A DNA stretch of 64,000 nt, from NCBI GenBank assembly GCA_965204575.1, contig OZ241993.1, forward strand, positions 901,850 to 965,849, in the 5' to 3' direction. The notes under the pieces are model-generated. The model was not told the origin of the DNA. It made no database searches and saw nothing but the letters and a program-made list of their open reading frames with translations. Source of the stretch: an uncultured candidatus Porisulfidus sp. (GTDB lineage: Bacteria; Pseudomonadota; Gammaproteobacteria; Poriferisulfidales; Poriferisulfidaceae). The translations under genes and the position numbers were made by a program. Numbering within the stretch: the first letter of the stretch is position 1; every line of letters starts with the position of its first letter. Of this stretch, positions 8,887-19,909 are shown in pieces.

Positions 8887-10026
8887 GTGAATTTACTTGC
8901 ATCCAGATCTGCAGTTTGTGCTGCATTGATATTGGCCATAGGAATGGGTTTTGGACGTTTTTGTTTTACAGGCATTTTCCCTGTAATGGCTGATGAAGGA
9001 TCGTTGACACTAGATGGGGGCGCCTATGTGGCATCTGCAAACTACGCAGGATATTTGCTTGGTGCATTGTTAGCTATTAATACGCACCCTAATGACTCGT
9101 TTAAGCTGTGTCTTTATTCGATTTTAGGTACCGCATTGACAATTGCGTTTTTGGCTGTGTACCAGAGCGTGTGGTTTTTGATTGTCATGCGTGGCCTTTC
9201 AGGTGTATTCAGCGCCACTGCAATGGTTGGCGCCTCATCATGGTTATTGCAGTACAAAGGGGATCATCGTGCTTCGCCAATTTTATACGCAGGTATTGGG
9301 TTTGGAATTTTAATTTCGGCAGAAATCATCGCTATAGGTCAGCACTTTGGATTTGGTAGTGCGGAATTATGGTTCTTGCTAGGCGGAGCGGGTTTGCTAA
9401 TTGGGATACCTTGTATTTGGCTGATGAAAATGGATTCAGCGGGAAAGACCGTAGACCAAATCTATACAGGCATTCACAGTGCAGAAGTATTTGACAAGTG
9501 GAAACTAGTTTTAATTTATGGGTTAGCAGGGTTTGGTTATATCATTACCGCCACTTACCTTCCCTTGATAATCAAAAATGACTTGGGCATTGGAATCGGT
9601 ATCCACATATGGGCAGTGTTTGGATTAGGAGCGATGTTCTCATGTTTTTTTTGGCATGGGGTTCAAGCTAAACTGGGCTCAAGAAATTCGTTATTTGTTA
9701 ATTTAATTATCCAATCGATCGGTGTAGCGCTTCCAGTATTCAGTCAAACATTATCCAGTTATTTGTGCAGTGCACTCTTGGTTGGTGGCACATTTATGGG
9801 ATTTGTTACTATTGCTAAATCAATAGCACTGCAAATATCTCATGAAGCACGAGGTAACCTCATGGCAATCATGACTACTTCGTTTGGAATAGGCCAGATT
9901 GCGGGTCCGCTGGTTGCCAACGAGACCTATGATGTGAGCAAATCGTTTTCTTTGTCTTTTCTCATGGCAAGTATGGCGCTAATTATTGCAGCCGTAATCT
10001 CTTTAAAAGCTAACAGGAAAATTTGA
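8887..10026 (+). CDS. MFS-type membrane transporter (YbfB/YjiJ-like)
   Basis: 379 aa, about 12 predicted TM helices. Conserved N-terminal FGRFCFTGIFPVM segment typical of YbfB/YjiJ. GTG start as in the track. Confidence 0.55.
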   Translation: MNLLASRSAVCAALILAIGMGFGRFCFTGIFPVMADEGSLTLDGGAYVASANYAGYLLGALLAINTHPNDSFKLCLYSILGTALTIAFLAVYQSVWFLIVMRGLSGVFSATAMVGASSWLLQYKGDHRASPILYAGIGFGILISAEIIAIGQHFGFGSAELWFLLGGAGLLIGIPCIWLMKMDSAGKTVDQIYTGIHSAEVFDKWKLVLIYGLAGFGYIITATYLPLIIKNDLGIGIGIHIWAVFGLGAMFSCFFWHGVQAKLGSRNSLFVNLIIQSIGVALPVFSQTLSSYLCSALLVGGTFMGFVTIAKSIALQISHEARGNLMAIMTTSFGIGQIAGPLVANETYDVSKSFSLSFLMASMALIIAAVISLKANRKI

Positions 10027-10097
10027 TTAATCTGCATAGCGATAACCGACAAGCCTCTGGGTATGTACAGATCCTATGTGAAATTGGACAGTTCAAA

Positions 10098-10183
10098 TGG
10101 TGCCGATGGCCGGACTCGAACCGGCACGGCTTTCGCCACTGCCCCCTCAAGACAGCGTGTCTACCAGATTCCACCACATCGGC
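10098..10183 (-). tRNA. leuU: tRNA-Leu (anticodon GAG), class II, 86 nt including CCA
   Basis: Reverse complement is GCCGATGTGGTGGAATCTGGTAGACACGCTGTCTTGAGGGGGCAGTGGCGAAAGCCGTGCCGGTTCGAGTCCGGCCATCGGCACCA. 7-bp acceptor stem, anticodon loop TTGAGGG, long variable arm. Sits directly downstream of secG, as leuU does in E. coli. Coordinates ±1-2 nt. Confidence 0.85.
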
Positions 10184-10218
10184 ACTGCCTGCAGTATTAT
10201 CACAAAACGCGCCAAATC

Positions 10219-10587
10219 CTACTCAGGAATTTCTCCGGCTGGGCCCAATTCCGGTTCGAATTCCGAAATAACCGGCTGTTCCGGGATGCCGGGTTCGGGA
10301 AGGGCCTGCTCGGCTTCCGGTACGGCAATTTGCCCCATGAGGCTCTGTTCGGGTGGTGCGGTTTTGACGATCCACGCCAGCGCTAGGCAGTTGATGAAAA
10401 ACAGGGCAACGATGACGGCGGTGATCCGACTGAGAAAGGTTGCGCTTCCGCGTGCGCCGAAAACAGAACCGGAGGCGCCGCCGCCGAATGCTGCGCCGGT
10501 ATCCGCGCCCCGGCCGTGCTGCAGCAGCACCAGGCCGATGATGCTCAGCGACAGCAGGATCGCGGTGATGAGGAGGACGGTGTACAT
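10219..10587 (-). CDS. secG: preprotein translocase subunit SecG
   Basis: 122 aa. MYTVLLI ... LLQHGRGADTGAAFGGGASGSVFG is the SecG signature. Confidence 0.9.
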   Translation of the reverse strand: MYTVLLITAILLSLSIIGLVLLQHGRGADTGAAFGGGASGSVFGARGSATFLSRITAVIVALFFINCLALAWIVKTAPPEQSLMGQIAVPEAEQALPEPGIPEQPVISEFEPELGPAGEIPE

Positions 10588-10591
10588 CTGC

Positions 10592-11365
10592 CTATTTTCG
10601 CACGGCCTGGCAAATGGACAGGAATTCGTCGGCCTTCAGGGAAGCGCCGCCGACCAGGCCGCCGTCGATATCTGGCATGGAGAACAATTCCGACGCATTG
10701 GCTGCCTTGACGCTGCCGCCGTACAGCACGACCGTGTCCTGCGCAGCGGTTCCGAGCTTCTGCTCCAAGTGCGCCCGGATGGCGGCGTGCACTTCCTGCG
10801 CCATGTCTGGGGTGGCCGCGACTCCAGTGCCGATGGCCCAGACCGGCTCGTAGGCGATCAGCGCGCGCGGGAATGCGTCCGGGAAGCTTCGGACCGGCTG
10901 CAGTTGCCGGTGGATCACGTCCAGGGTCTGTCCCGCCTCGCGCTCCTCCAGGGTTTCTCCGACGCACAGGATCGCCCGGGGTGCGCCCGGGGTGTCTTGT
11001 TGCGCCGACTGGTGCAGGAGGGCGAACTTCTGCTCGATCAACTCGTCGGATTCGCCGTACACGTGACGGCGCTCGGAATGGCCGATGATGGCGTGCGAGC
11101 AGCCCAGTTCGGCCAGCATGGCCACGGAGACTTCGCCGGTGAAGGCGCCCTCGGGTTGGTCGCAGACGTTCTGCGCGCCGATCTGGACCGGGCTTTCCGT
11201 AGTCTCTTCCAGGACGTCAAGCAGGTGGACGAACGGAGGGCAGAGCAGGACTTCCGGAGCGGTCGCATCCCCGACCCCCTGTGCGACGGCACGGGCCAAC
11301 GCCCGGGCGGTGTCCCGGGAGCCATGCATTTTCCAGTTGCCGGCGACGACGGTCGGTCGAGCCAT
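10592..11365 (-). CDS. tpiA: triosephosphate isomerase
   Basis: 257 aa. N-terminal VAGNWKMHG and IGHSERR motifs. Confidence 0.9.
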   Translation of the reverse strand: MARPTVVAGNWKMHGSRDTARALARAVAQGVGDATAPEVLLCPPFVHLLDVLEETTESPVQIGAQNVCDQPEGAFTGEVSVAMLAELGCSHAIIGHSERRHVYGESDELIEQKFALLHQSAQQDTPGAPRAILCVGETLEEREAGQTLDVIHRQLQPVRSFPDAFPRALIAYEPVWAIGTGVAATPDMAQEVHAAIRAHLEQKLGTAAQDTVVLYGGSVKAANASELFSMPDIDGGLVGGASLKADEFLSICQAVRK

Positions 11366-11423
11366 GAAAGGGATCCGGTGGTTATCGGGGGGTAATGCGG
11401 TGGGGCATTATAAAGGGCGGTTC

Positions 11424-12755
11424 TCAGGCACCCGTGTCGATCGAGTTGGCGATAGATTGCGCGAGGGCTTCGACCCTTCCGTGATCTTCTCCCTCCACCA
11501 TGACACGCAACACCGGCTCTGTCCCGGAGGGGCGCAGGAGAACCCGACCTTGCTCGCCCAGTTCATTGCGCGCACTCTGCACGGCCGCATCCGTGGCCGG
11601 GCCGGGCGTACGGTCGCGTGGGCAACGCACATTGATCATGGTCTGTGGATACTTCCGCAGGTCCGAACGCGCCTGGCACAGGGGCTGGCCGAGAATATGC
11701 AGCGCTTCCAGTGTCTGTAGCGCCGCAACCATCGCGTCGCCGGTGCAGGCCCGGTCGCGGCAGATGATGTGGCCGGAGGTCTCTCCGCCGAGTTGCCAGT
11801 CGCGGGCCAGCAGTAATTCCTGGACATAGCGGTCGCCGACCGCAGCCCGCTCGAACGGGATTTCCAGGGCGGCCAGTGCTTTCTCCAGGCCCAGGTTGCT
11901 CATCTGGGTGCCGGCCACGCCGCCGTTCAGGGTGCCCTGAATCTGCCGGGCGCGGGCAATGACATACAAGAGATCGTCCCCGTCCGCGATTTCGCCGTCT
12001 TCGTCGATCATGATCAGCCGGTCGCCGTCGCCGTCCACGGCTAGCCCGAGAGTGGCACGGTGTTCACGGGTTTGGGCGCGGACATATTCCGGGCAGGTCG
12101 CACCACAACCATCGTTGATGTTCGTCCCGTCAGGCTCCACGCCGACGGTAGCCACGTCTGCGCCTAGTTCCTCGAACAGTTTCGACGCAAGCTGGTAAGC
12201 GGCTCCGTGCGCGCAGTCGACCAGCAGGCACAAGCCGTCGAGGCGGAACCCCTCGGGCACGGTGCCCTTGCAGAAATCAAGGTAGCGGCGCCCGGCGTCA
12301 TTGATTCGGCGGGCCTTGCCGGGCAGCGACCGGGGGTCGATGTCCATCGGCTGCTCAAGTTCCGCTTCGATGCGATGCTCGATCTCATCGGGCAGTTTGG
12401 CGCCGTCCGCGTCGAACAGCTTGATGCCGTTGTCGTAGTGCGGGTTGTGCGAGGCGCTGATGACGATGCCGGCGCAGGCATCCAGTTCCCGGGTCAGTTG
12501 GGCGATGGCGGGAGTCGGCTGGGGGCCCAGCAGCAGGACATTGACGCCGGCCGCGGATAAACCGGCCTCCAGCGCAGACTCGAACATGTAGCCGGAACGG
12601 CGGGTGTCCTTGCCGATCAGGATCTGGGGGAATTCGGACTCGCGCCCGAGTACGCGCCCGATGGCCCAGCCCAGGCGCAGCACGAAGTCCGGCGTCATCG
12701 GGCTGACTCCAACCCGGCCCCGGATTCCGTCAGTTCCGAAATAGGTGCGGGACAT
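11424..12755 (-). CDS. glmM: phosphoglucosamine mutase
   Basis: 443 aa. YFGTDGIRG start and the phosphoserine loop SASHNP. Confidence 0.9.
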   Translation of the reverse strand: MSRTYFGTDGIRGRVGVSPMTPDFVLRLGWAIGRVLGRESEFPQILIGKDTRRSGYMFESALEAGLSAAGVNVLLLGPQPTPAIAQLTRELDACAGIVISASHNPHYDNGIKLFDADGAKLPDEIEHRIEAELEQPMDIDPRSLPGKARRINDAGRRYLDFCKGTVPEGFRLDGLCLLVDCAHGAAYQLASKLFEELGADVATVGVEPDGTNINDGCGATCPEYVRAQTREHRATLGLAVDGDGDRLIMIDEDGEIADGDDLLYVIARARQIQGTLNGGVAGTQMSNLGLEKALAALEIPFERAAVGDRYVQELLLARDWQLGGETSGHIICRDRACTGDAMVAALQTLEALHILGQPLCQARSDLRKYPQTMINVRCPRDRTPGPATDAAVQSARNELGEQGRVLLRPSGTEPVLRVMVEGEDHGRVEALAQSIANSIDTGA

Positions 12756-12777
12756 GCGCGGTCGGCCGCGACTGGAA

Positions 12778-14703
<1,926 letters not shown>

Positions 14704-14952
14704 GCGCGCTTTTCCCGGAAACCTTGGCCTTTCAGCATACTAGGATAGCAGATGGCGCGGGGACCGCGGGCGCATTCTGCTCCTGTAACGAGATATGGGG
14801 GAGCAGGCGGGGATTTCCAAGCCAAGACTAGGAGCGTTGCTCTCGAATGAGGTGCAACGACGATACGTGTCATTTCTAGCAACTGAAACATTATTTTCGG
14901 TACTTAACCAGTTTTGTGCATGTAATGAAAGTAAACGGAACATAGTTTGGTA

Positions 14953-15672
14953 TTACTGGGGCAGTGGTGGGGAAAAGAGATTTGAAACCGTAAAATCAGC
15001 GATCAAGTATGTCGATGCTGCAAAGATAACAAAAAGTGCCCATGCTGACACGACTGCTAGCCGGTAAAGGTTTCTAAAGATACTTTCTCCTGTTGTACCA
15101 TGTGTGAATCTATGCGCTAATCGAATCAGGAAATCAGATGCTAGGAGACTAGAAATGCCATTTGACACTGTATAGAAAAGAGGGCCAAGTGTTCCTATGG
15201 CAATTAATGTACCTAGGATGAAATAAGCTGTAGCTTGCCAAGACAAGATAATAGCGTTTTCGTTTGTCCAGAAAAGAACTCCCCCGGCACCAAGCCAGAC
15301 AAACATAACGAAGCCACCAACAAACTCTTTCCTTTTATCATCGGATTTATGGCGAATCCCATGAAGGACTTTTTGAAATTCGATAGATTGATTCTTATGG
15401 ATAGCCTCAATAACACTCAATGTCTCTTCTGCCTGTTTGTTGCTAGCTTCAATCAGAGTTTCAGAAATATTATGGAAGTGGGTCTCATGAATCGCGTCTA
15501 TAGATCTGATTGCTCTGATTTGCAACATTATTATTTCGGTTTGCTTGCCACTACTTTTGTGGAGATTTTCCATAAAGTCTTCAAGGACCTTATGAAATTG
15601 ATTTTCCTGAAACGTGTTAAGAGATCGAATCGTTTCTTCGATTGAGAGTTGCTCGTTCTCGTTTTTAGTCAT
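14953..15672 (-). CDS. hypothetical membrane protein with N-terminal helical repeats and 3-4 C-terminal TM helices
   Basis: 239 aa. Recurring motif about every 35 aa (NQFHKVLEDFMENLHK / ETHFHNISETLIEASNK / IEFQKVLHGIRHK). Hydrophobic C-terminal segments. AT-rich codon usage. No homology recognised. Confidence 0.45.
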   Translation of the reverse strand: MTKNENEQLSIEETIRSLNTFQENQFHKVLEDFMENLHKSSGKQTEIIMLQIRAIRSIDAIHETHFHNISETLIEASNKQAEETLSVIEAIHKNQSIEFQKVLHGIRHKSDDKRKEFVGGFVMFVWLGAGGVLFWTNENAIILSWQATAYFILGTLIAIGTLGPLFYTVSNGISSLLASDFLIRLAHRFTHGTTGESIFRNLYRLAVVSAWALFVIFAASTYLIADFTVSNLFSPPLPQ

Positions 15673-16513
15673 TAGTTTTTTTGGGCTTTTAGGCGCGTGT
15701 GCAGGTTACGGCGCAGAATTGGGCTAATTATGAAGCCCGTTATTCTAACGTTTGCGATTCTGATCGGTGTGCTTTGGGTATCCCGGTAGGGCGCGTGACC
15801 GAGATTTGCGCAGACTAACTATGGCTACCCTCCCTCTACAAAATTATCCCGGACTGGGACTGGGAGGATCGCACCCTATTCCATATTCCATGGCGACAAC
15901 CCGAAATTCCTGCGGGCGATTAACAGCAATTCTGATCGCCACCGGCCCGCCTTTCAAGAAAGGCAAAGATTTTCACGCCACGCCGACTAACCTGACATCC
16001 GACTCCAAGTTTCAGAATCAGTGGTTACGCTTAATGGTGGCGGGGTAGATAAGCAAGTTGTCCAGGTTCTTGGCAGGTCTGCGTGGATAATATCTATTCT
16101 GCAAATGTCTTTCGTGCATACTGCGCCTTGGTCTTTGCCACTTATAGTGAAAATTCACTAACCATTTCCTCTTGAAAATGACTCTTTGGGAAACTTTTCT
16201 ATGGTGGTTTATCTTGCCAGTTGGATGGCTGACGATAGCAGTGTTCCATTTGTCTGGCCAACGCTCTTTTTTGAAAATGCGTACATTGCATATTGGGCTT
16301 GGTCGATTTGGCTTACGATTGCTCTTGGAGATTTCACATCCGCCTTCCTTATCCGCCTTCCTTATGTATACTTATACCCACAATATGAAGGAAGGGGAAA
16401 ATCTATTATTGGGTGACAGCAGCAGTTTATTTCTGACGGCAGTCGGTGCAATAATGGAAGAACTGGCAATTCAGAAAATAAAGCTCACATTTAGTTTGAA
16501 AGGGTTGTTGCTG

Positions 16514-16789
16514 ATGAATAACCATATCAGAATAGTTGCGCTCTACCTGTTGGTTCTTGCTGGCCATCCTGCCTTTGCGGATGATGCTGAAGAAAAGAGA
16601 GATGCGTTCTATGAGAGACTTTCATATGACAGGCAGGCGATGTGCCATTTGATGGCAAAGGAGATACATTGGAGGTACTCGACTCCTAACGCGAAAAGTC
16701 TTTTGGTCTATGACAAATTAGCTCCGGCATTCTGCAAATGGTGCAAGGACTTGGACAAGGATCACTATCGGGCGGTCTGCCCAAAATAA
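16514..16789 (+). CDS. small secreted cysteine-containing protein (signal peptide MNNHIRIVALYLLVLAGHPAFA)
   Basis: 91 aa from an internal ATG of the 205-aa track ORF. Signal peptide followed by a charged domain with four Cys (CHLM ... CKWCKD ... VCPK). Confidence 0.3.
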   Translation: MNNHIRIVALYLLVLAGHPAFADDAEEKRDAFYERLSYDRQAMCHLMAKEIHWRYSTPNAKSLLVYDKLAPAFCKWCKDLDKDHYRAVCPK

Positions 16790-17356
16790 CGGCCAAATTT
16801 CGGTTGTAGTAGACTGAAAAGATGAAAATCATGCTTAATGGCTATTTCTGGTCCCATAAGAAGGCCGGGGAGAATGAAGGGGCATGGTCGTGTGACGAAT
16901 TGCCTCGTATATCAATAGTGAGTTACAAGGAGGGAAATAGTTTCAATCTTTATATTGATGGAACGATTTTTCTGGGGTGTTTTAGTGCCTTGAGTGGGGC
17001 AACAGCAGAAGCGGTGAATATCAACAATAATTTGAGTGGACAATTTGCCGAATAGGTGCTGGCTGCCCGCAATACCCAAGCATCAGCGAAATCCGTTATC
17101 CAGCGAAGCGATATTGTGCAAAGTCTCAATAGCACGTCTGGTTTGCTCTTATCATCCTCCGATGATTAATGCTTGGATGTTAGGGCCGTTTCTCTTCATA
17201 GAGGAGCCTCTTATCATTACCATTCCCGCGACAGTTTTCAGCATCATCGGTTCCACCTCCGGTGCGCTCGTAGTGATGCGCAGTCTTAGGGTCGGCGACT
17301 TATCCGGGAGGCTTTGATATTTGTGCGACTGCCGGGGCGCATCAATGGTTCGGATG

Positions 17357-18082
17357 ATGAAGTCGCACACCCTGTTCGTCTCCGACCTGCATCTGGACGC
17401 CAGTCGTCCGGCCCAGATGCAGGAATTCGTGCGTTTTCTGAAGAACGAGGCCCATCAGGCGCAGGCTCTGTACATCCTGGGCGACCTGTTCGAGTTCTGG
17501 ATCGGCGACGATGATCCCGCCGAAGGGCTGGACGAGGTGATCGATGCGCTTCAGGGGCTGACTGCGCAGGGTGTTTCCGTGAAATTCCTGCACGGCAACC
17601 GGGATTTCCTCTTGGGGGCCGATTTTGCCCGCCGGACCGGGATCGAGATCCTTCCGGCCCGTCAGGTGGTCGACCTGCATGGCATCCCCACCTTGATCGA
17701 ACATGGTGACCTGCTGTGCACGGATGACGTGGCCTACCAGCGCTACCGCCGGCGCATCCGCCATCCGGTCACGATGGCGCTGCTCGGAAACCTGCCCCGC
17801 TCATGGAGGCTGAGAATGGGTCAGCGCCTGCGCCGGATCAGCACCCAGGCGATCGCGGGGAAATCCCCGGACATCATGGACGTAAACGAGGAGGCGGTCC
17901 GCCAGGTGATGCGCTCGGAAGGGGTATACACGATGGTGCATGGGCATACGCACCGCCCGGCCATTCACGAATTCAAGGTGGACGAAGTGGAGGCCGTGCG
18001 GGCCGTGCTTGGGGACTGGTACGAACAGGGCAGCTGGCTGGTGGCCGATGCCGACGGCCTGCACCCGCAGTCGGCAACTTGA
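17357..18082 (+). CDS. lpxH: UDP-2,3-diacylglucosamine diphosphatase LpxH
   Basis: MKSHTLFVSDLHL ... LYILGDLFEFWIGDDDP ... HGNRDFLLG ... TDD ... HGHTHRP aligns with E. coli LpxH over its whole length. Start chosen at the ATG matching the E. coli N-terminus; the track ORF begins at TTG 17321. Confidence 0.85.
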   Translation: MKSHTLFVSDLHLDASRPAQMQEFVRFLKNEAHQAQALYILGDLFEFWIGDDDPAEGLDEVIDALQGLTAQGVSVKFLHGNRDFLLGADFARRTGIEILPARQVVDLHGIPTLIEHGDLLCTDDVAYQRYRRRIRHPVTMALLGNLPRSWRLRMGQRLRRISTQAIAGKSPDIMDVNEEAVRQVMRSEGVYTMVHGHTHRPAIHEFKVDEVEAVRAVLGDWYEQGSWLVADADGLHPQSAT

Positions 18083-18101
18083 ATGGACGGGTTCGGCCGG
18101 G

Positions 18102-19337
18102 TCAGGTCACGGCACCTTTGAGCGCCAGCACCACGTCCATGACGTTGGTGCCGGTCGGCCCGGTGGTGACCAGCGCGTTTACGGCATCCAGATAGCTTCC
18201 GGCATCGGCGCGCGCCAATGCCTGTTCGGCATCCAGCCCTGATTCCTGACCGTGCAGCACGGTCCCGCCGTCAACTTCTCCACCGGCATCTTCGGTCGGA
18301 CCGTCCGTGCCGTCCGTGCCGCAGGCGAGCAGCCGGATACCCCTGATGCCTTCCAGCGCTGTGGCTGCCGCCAGGGCAAGGTGCTGATTGCGTCCGCCCC
18401 GCCCCGGGTTCTCGGGTAGCCGGACGGTGGTTTCGCCGCCCCAGATGTGCACGCCTGGAGGCGTGTCCATCTGCTTTAAGTACTCCCCCAGCGCCATTCC
18501 CGTCTTCCCGGCTTCATCTTCCAGGAATTCCGGATGCCGGTGCACCGGGAATCCAAGTTCTTCCGCCCGGCATGCTGCCGCTTCCTTGGCGTCTTCCAGC
18601 GTGGCGATGATGTGAGTCTGCAGGTGCTGGAAGGCTTCGGGCGGCGGAACCGGCATGCGCTCGGCCTTCTCGATCAGCTGGCGAGTCCCGGCGGACAGGG
18701 TCTCGGGCAGGACTTCATCGCGTACTGCGGTCAGCGGGCCGGACCCGATCACGGCCGGGTCGTCCCCGGGCACGTCCGAAATCATCAACGCACAGGCGGG
18801 GCGTCCATCGAGATAGTGCGCGAGTCGCCCGCCCTTGATGCAGGAGATGGAACGACGCACGGCGTTCATCTCGGTGATGGCCAGCCCCTCGGCCAGCAGC
18901 CGCTCGGTCAGTTCGCTCAGTCCTTGCAGGTCTAGGTTGGGCGCCAACACCTCGATCAGGCTGGAGGCGCCGCCTGAAATCAGCGCAAGGAAGCGGGCAT
19001 CGGCGGGGGCTTCGCCCAGGAACTCCACCAGTCGCTGGCCGGCCCGGAGGCTGGCTTCTCCCGGCACCGGGTGGTCGGACTCGACGCATTCGACCTGTGA
19101 AAAGCCGCCCAGTTCGTCGTCCAGGTGTCCGTGCTTGGTGATCACCAGCCCGCGCCGGGGTGCCGGCCGTGCGCGCAGTGCACCGAGAGCCATCGCCGAC
19201 GCCGCCTTTCCGAACGCGATCACGTAGTCGTACTCGACTTCCGGATGGCGATCCAGCCATTGGGCCACGGCTTCCGTGCCGCGCACCCGGGCCAGGGAGG
19301 CTTCCAGAATGTCCTGAAGCAGTGAATCAGCGCTCAT
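18102..19337 (-). CDS. glycerate 2-kinase (MOFRL/DUF4147 family, GckA/TtuD-like)
   Basis: 411 aa. The N-terminal and C-terminal MOFRL-type domains are collinear with TtuD/GckA; GTDGTDGPT motif. Confidence 0.8.
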   Translation of the reverse strand: MSADSLLQDILEASLARVRGTEAVAQWLDRHPEVEYDYVIAFGKAASAMALGALRARPAPRRGLVITKHGHLDDELGGFSQVECVESDHPVPGEASLRAGQRLVEFLGEAPADARFLALISGGASSLIEVLAPNLDLQGLSELTERLLAEGLAITEMNAVRRSISCIKGGRLAHYLDGRPACALMISDVPGDDPAVIGSGPLTAVRDEVLPETLSAGTRQLIEKAERMPVPPPEAFQHLQTHIIATLEDAKEAAACRAEELGFPVHRHPEFLEDEAGKTGMALGEYLKQMDTPPGVHIWGGETTVRLPENPGRGGRNQHLALAAATALEGIRGIRLLACGTDGTDGPTEDAGGEVDGGTVLHGQESGLDAEQALARADAGSYLDAVNALVTTGPTGTNVMDVVLALKGAVT

Positions 19338-19906
19338 GGCAGGATCAGCACCAGCGTGTCGACGGACACCCGGTCGAACAATTCAATCACATCGGCGCCG
19401 CGCATGCGGATGCAGCCGATCGAGGCGGCCTGGCCGATCAGCCCTTCTTCGTGGGTTCCGTGGATGTAGATGTAGCGTTGGTAGGAGTCCACGTCGCCGT
19501 CCTTGTTGACGCCGGGTTCGAGCCCGTCCAGCCACAGGATGCGCGTCGTGATGCATTCGCGGCCGGTGGTCCGCGGTTCCGTCTCGATCTCGGCCGCTTC
19601 CGACTGGGCGACCCGGCCCTTGAAGACCGTATGCAAGGCGGCATCGTTGCCGATGCATTCCGCAATCCGGTGCGCACCGGTCGGGGTCTTCATGCTGTCG
19701 TCCTGCCCGCCGATGCCGTAGCGGGAGGTCGAGACGGGCCAGGAACGGAGCACTTGATCCTCCTCGAGCAGGTGCAGGGCCTGTTCACGGATGCTGACCA
19801 GGCACATCGGGCGGGACTGGCATTGCGGGAAGCGTTGGCGCGCCTCCGCCGCCCGTGCCAGGTCTTCGGCCGCGGGATCGGCCACAGGAGGCAGGGCAGG
19901 GCACAT
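19334..19906 (-). CDS. L,D-transpeptidase (YkuD/ErfK domain)
   Basis: 190 aa. Catalytic-domain motif IHGTHEEGLIGQAASIGCIRM (His ... Cys). Confidence 0.75.
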   Translation of the reverse strand: MCPALPPVADPAAEDLARAAEARQRFPQCQSRPMCLVSIREQALHLLEEDQVLRSWPVSTSRYGIGGQDDSMKTPTGAHRIAECIGNDAALHTVFKGRVAQSEAAEIETEPRTTGRECITTRILWLDGLEPGVNKDGDVDSYQRYIYIHGTHEEGLIGQAASIGCIRMRGADVIELFDRVSVDTLVLILP

Positions 19907-19909
19907 GGC

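Larger units (their letters stand above)
1..10097. other. low-GC genomic island (window-truncated at the left) abutting the 3' end of tRNA-Leu
   Basis: By eye about 40% G+C with an A/T-rich third codon position, versus about 65-70% in the core genes from 10.2 kb onward. The island ends within about 15 nt of the tRNA-Leu 3' CCA. No integrase is visible within the window. Confidence 0.6.
14704..17320. other. AT-rich orphan islet between ftsH and lpxH
   Basis: Marked compositional drop compared with both flanks. Contains only unannotatable ORFs (14953..15672, 16514..16789, 16822..17055). Confidence 0.5.

Noticed and set aside
10097-11395. 432-aa ORF on the + strand (and similar long ORFs 12745..14403, 19160..21493, 19785..20891, 26205..26951, 27551..29389, 30036..31061, 34843..36525, 46458..48083, 52060..53958, 52362..54119)
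   Set aside because: All lie antisense to, or out of frame with, well-supported conserved genes (tpiA/secG, ftsH, purF, folC, trpAB, truA, leuC, uvrC, pnp). Long stop-free frames are expected in about 67% G+C DNA. None has a recognisable motif.
16172-16789. 205-aa ORF in the AT-rich islet
   Set aside because: The N-terminal 114 aa are low-complexity read-through. A signal-peptide-bearing 91-aa protein from the internal ATG at 16514 is more plausible, but still low confidence.
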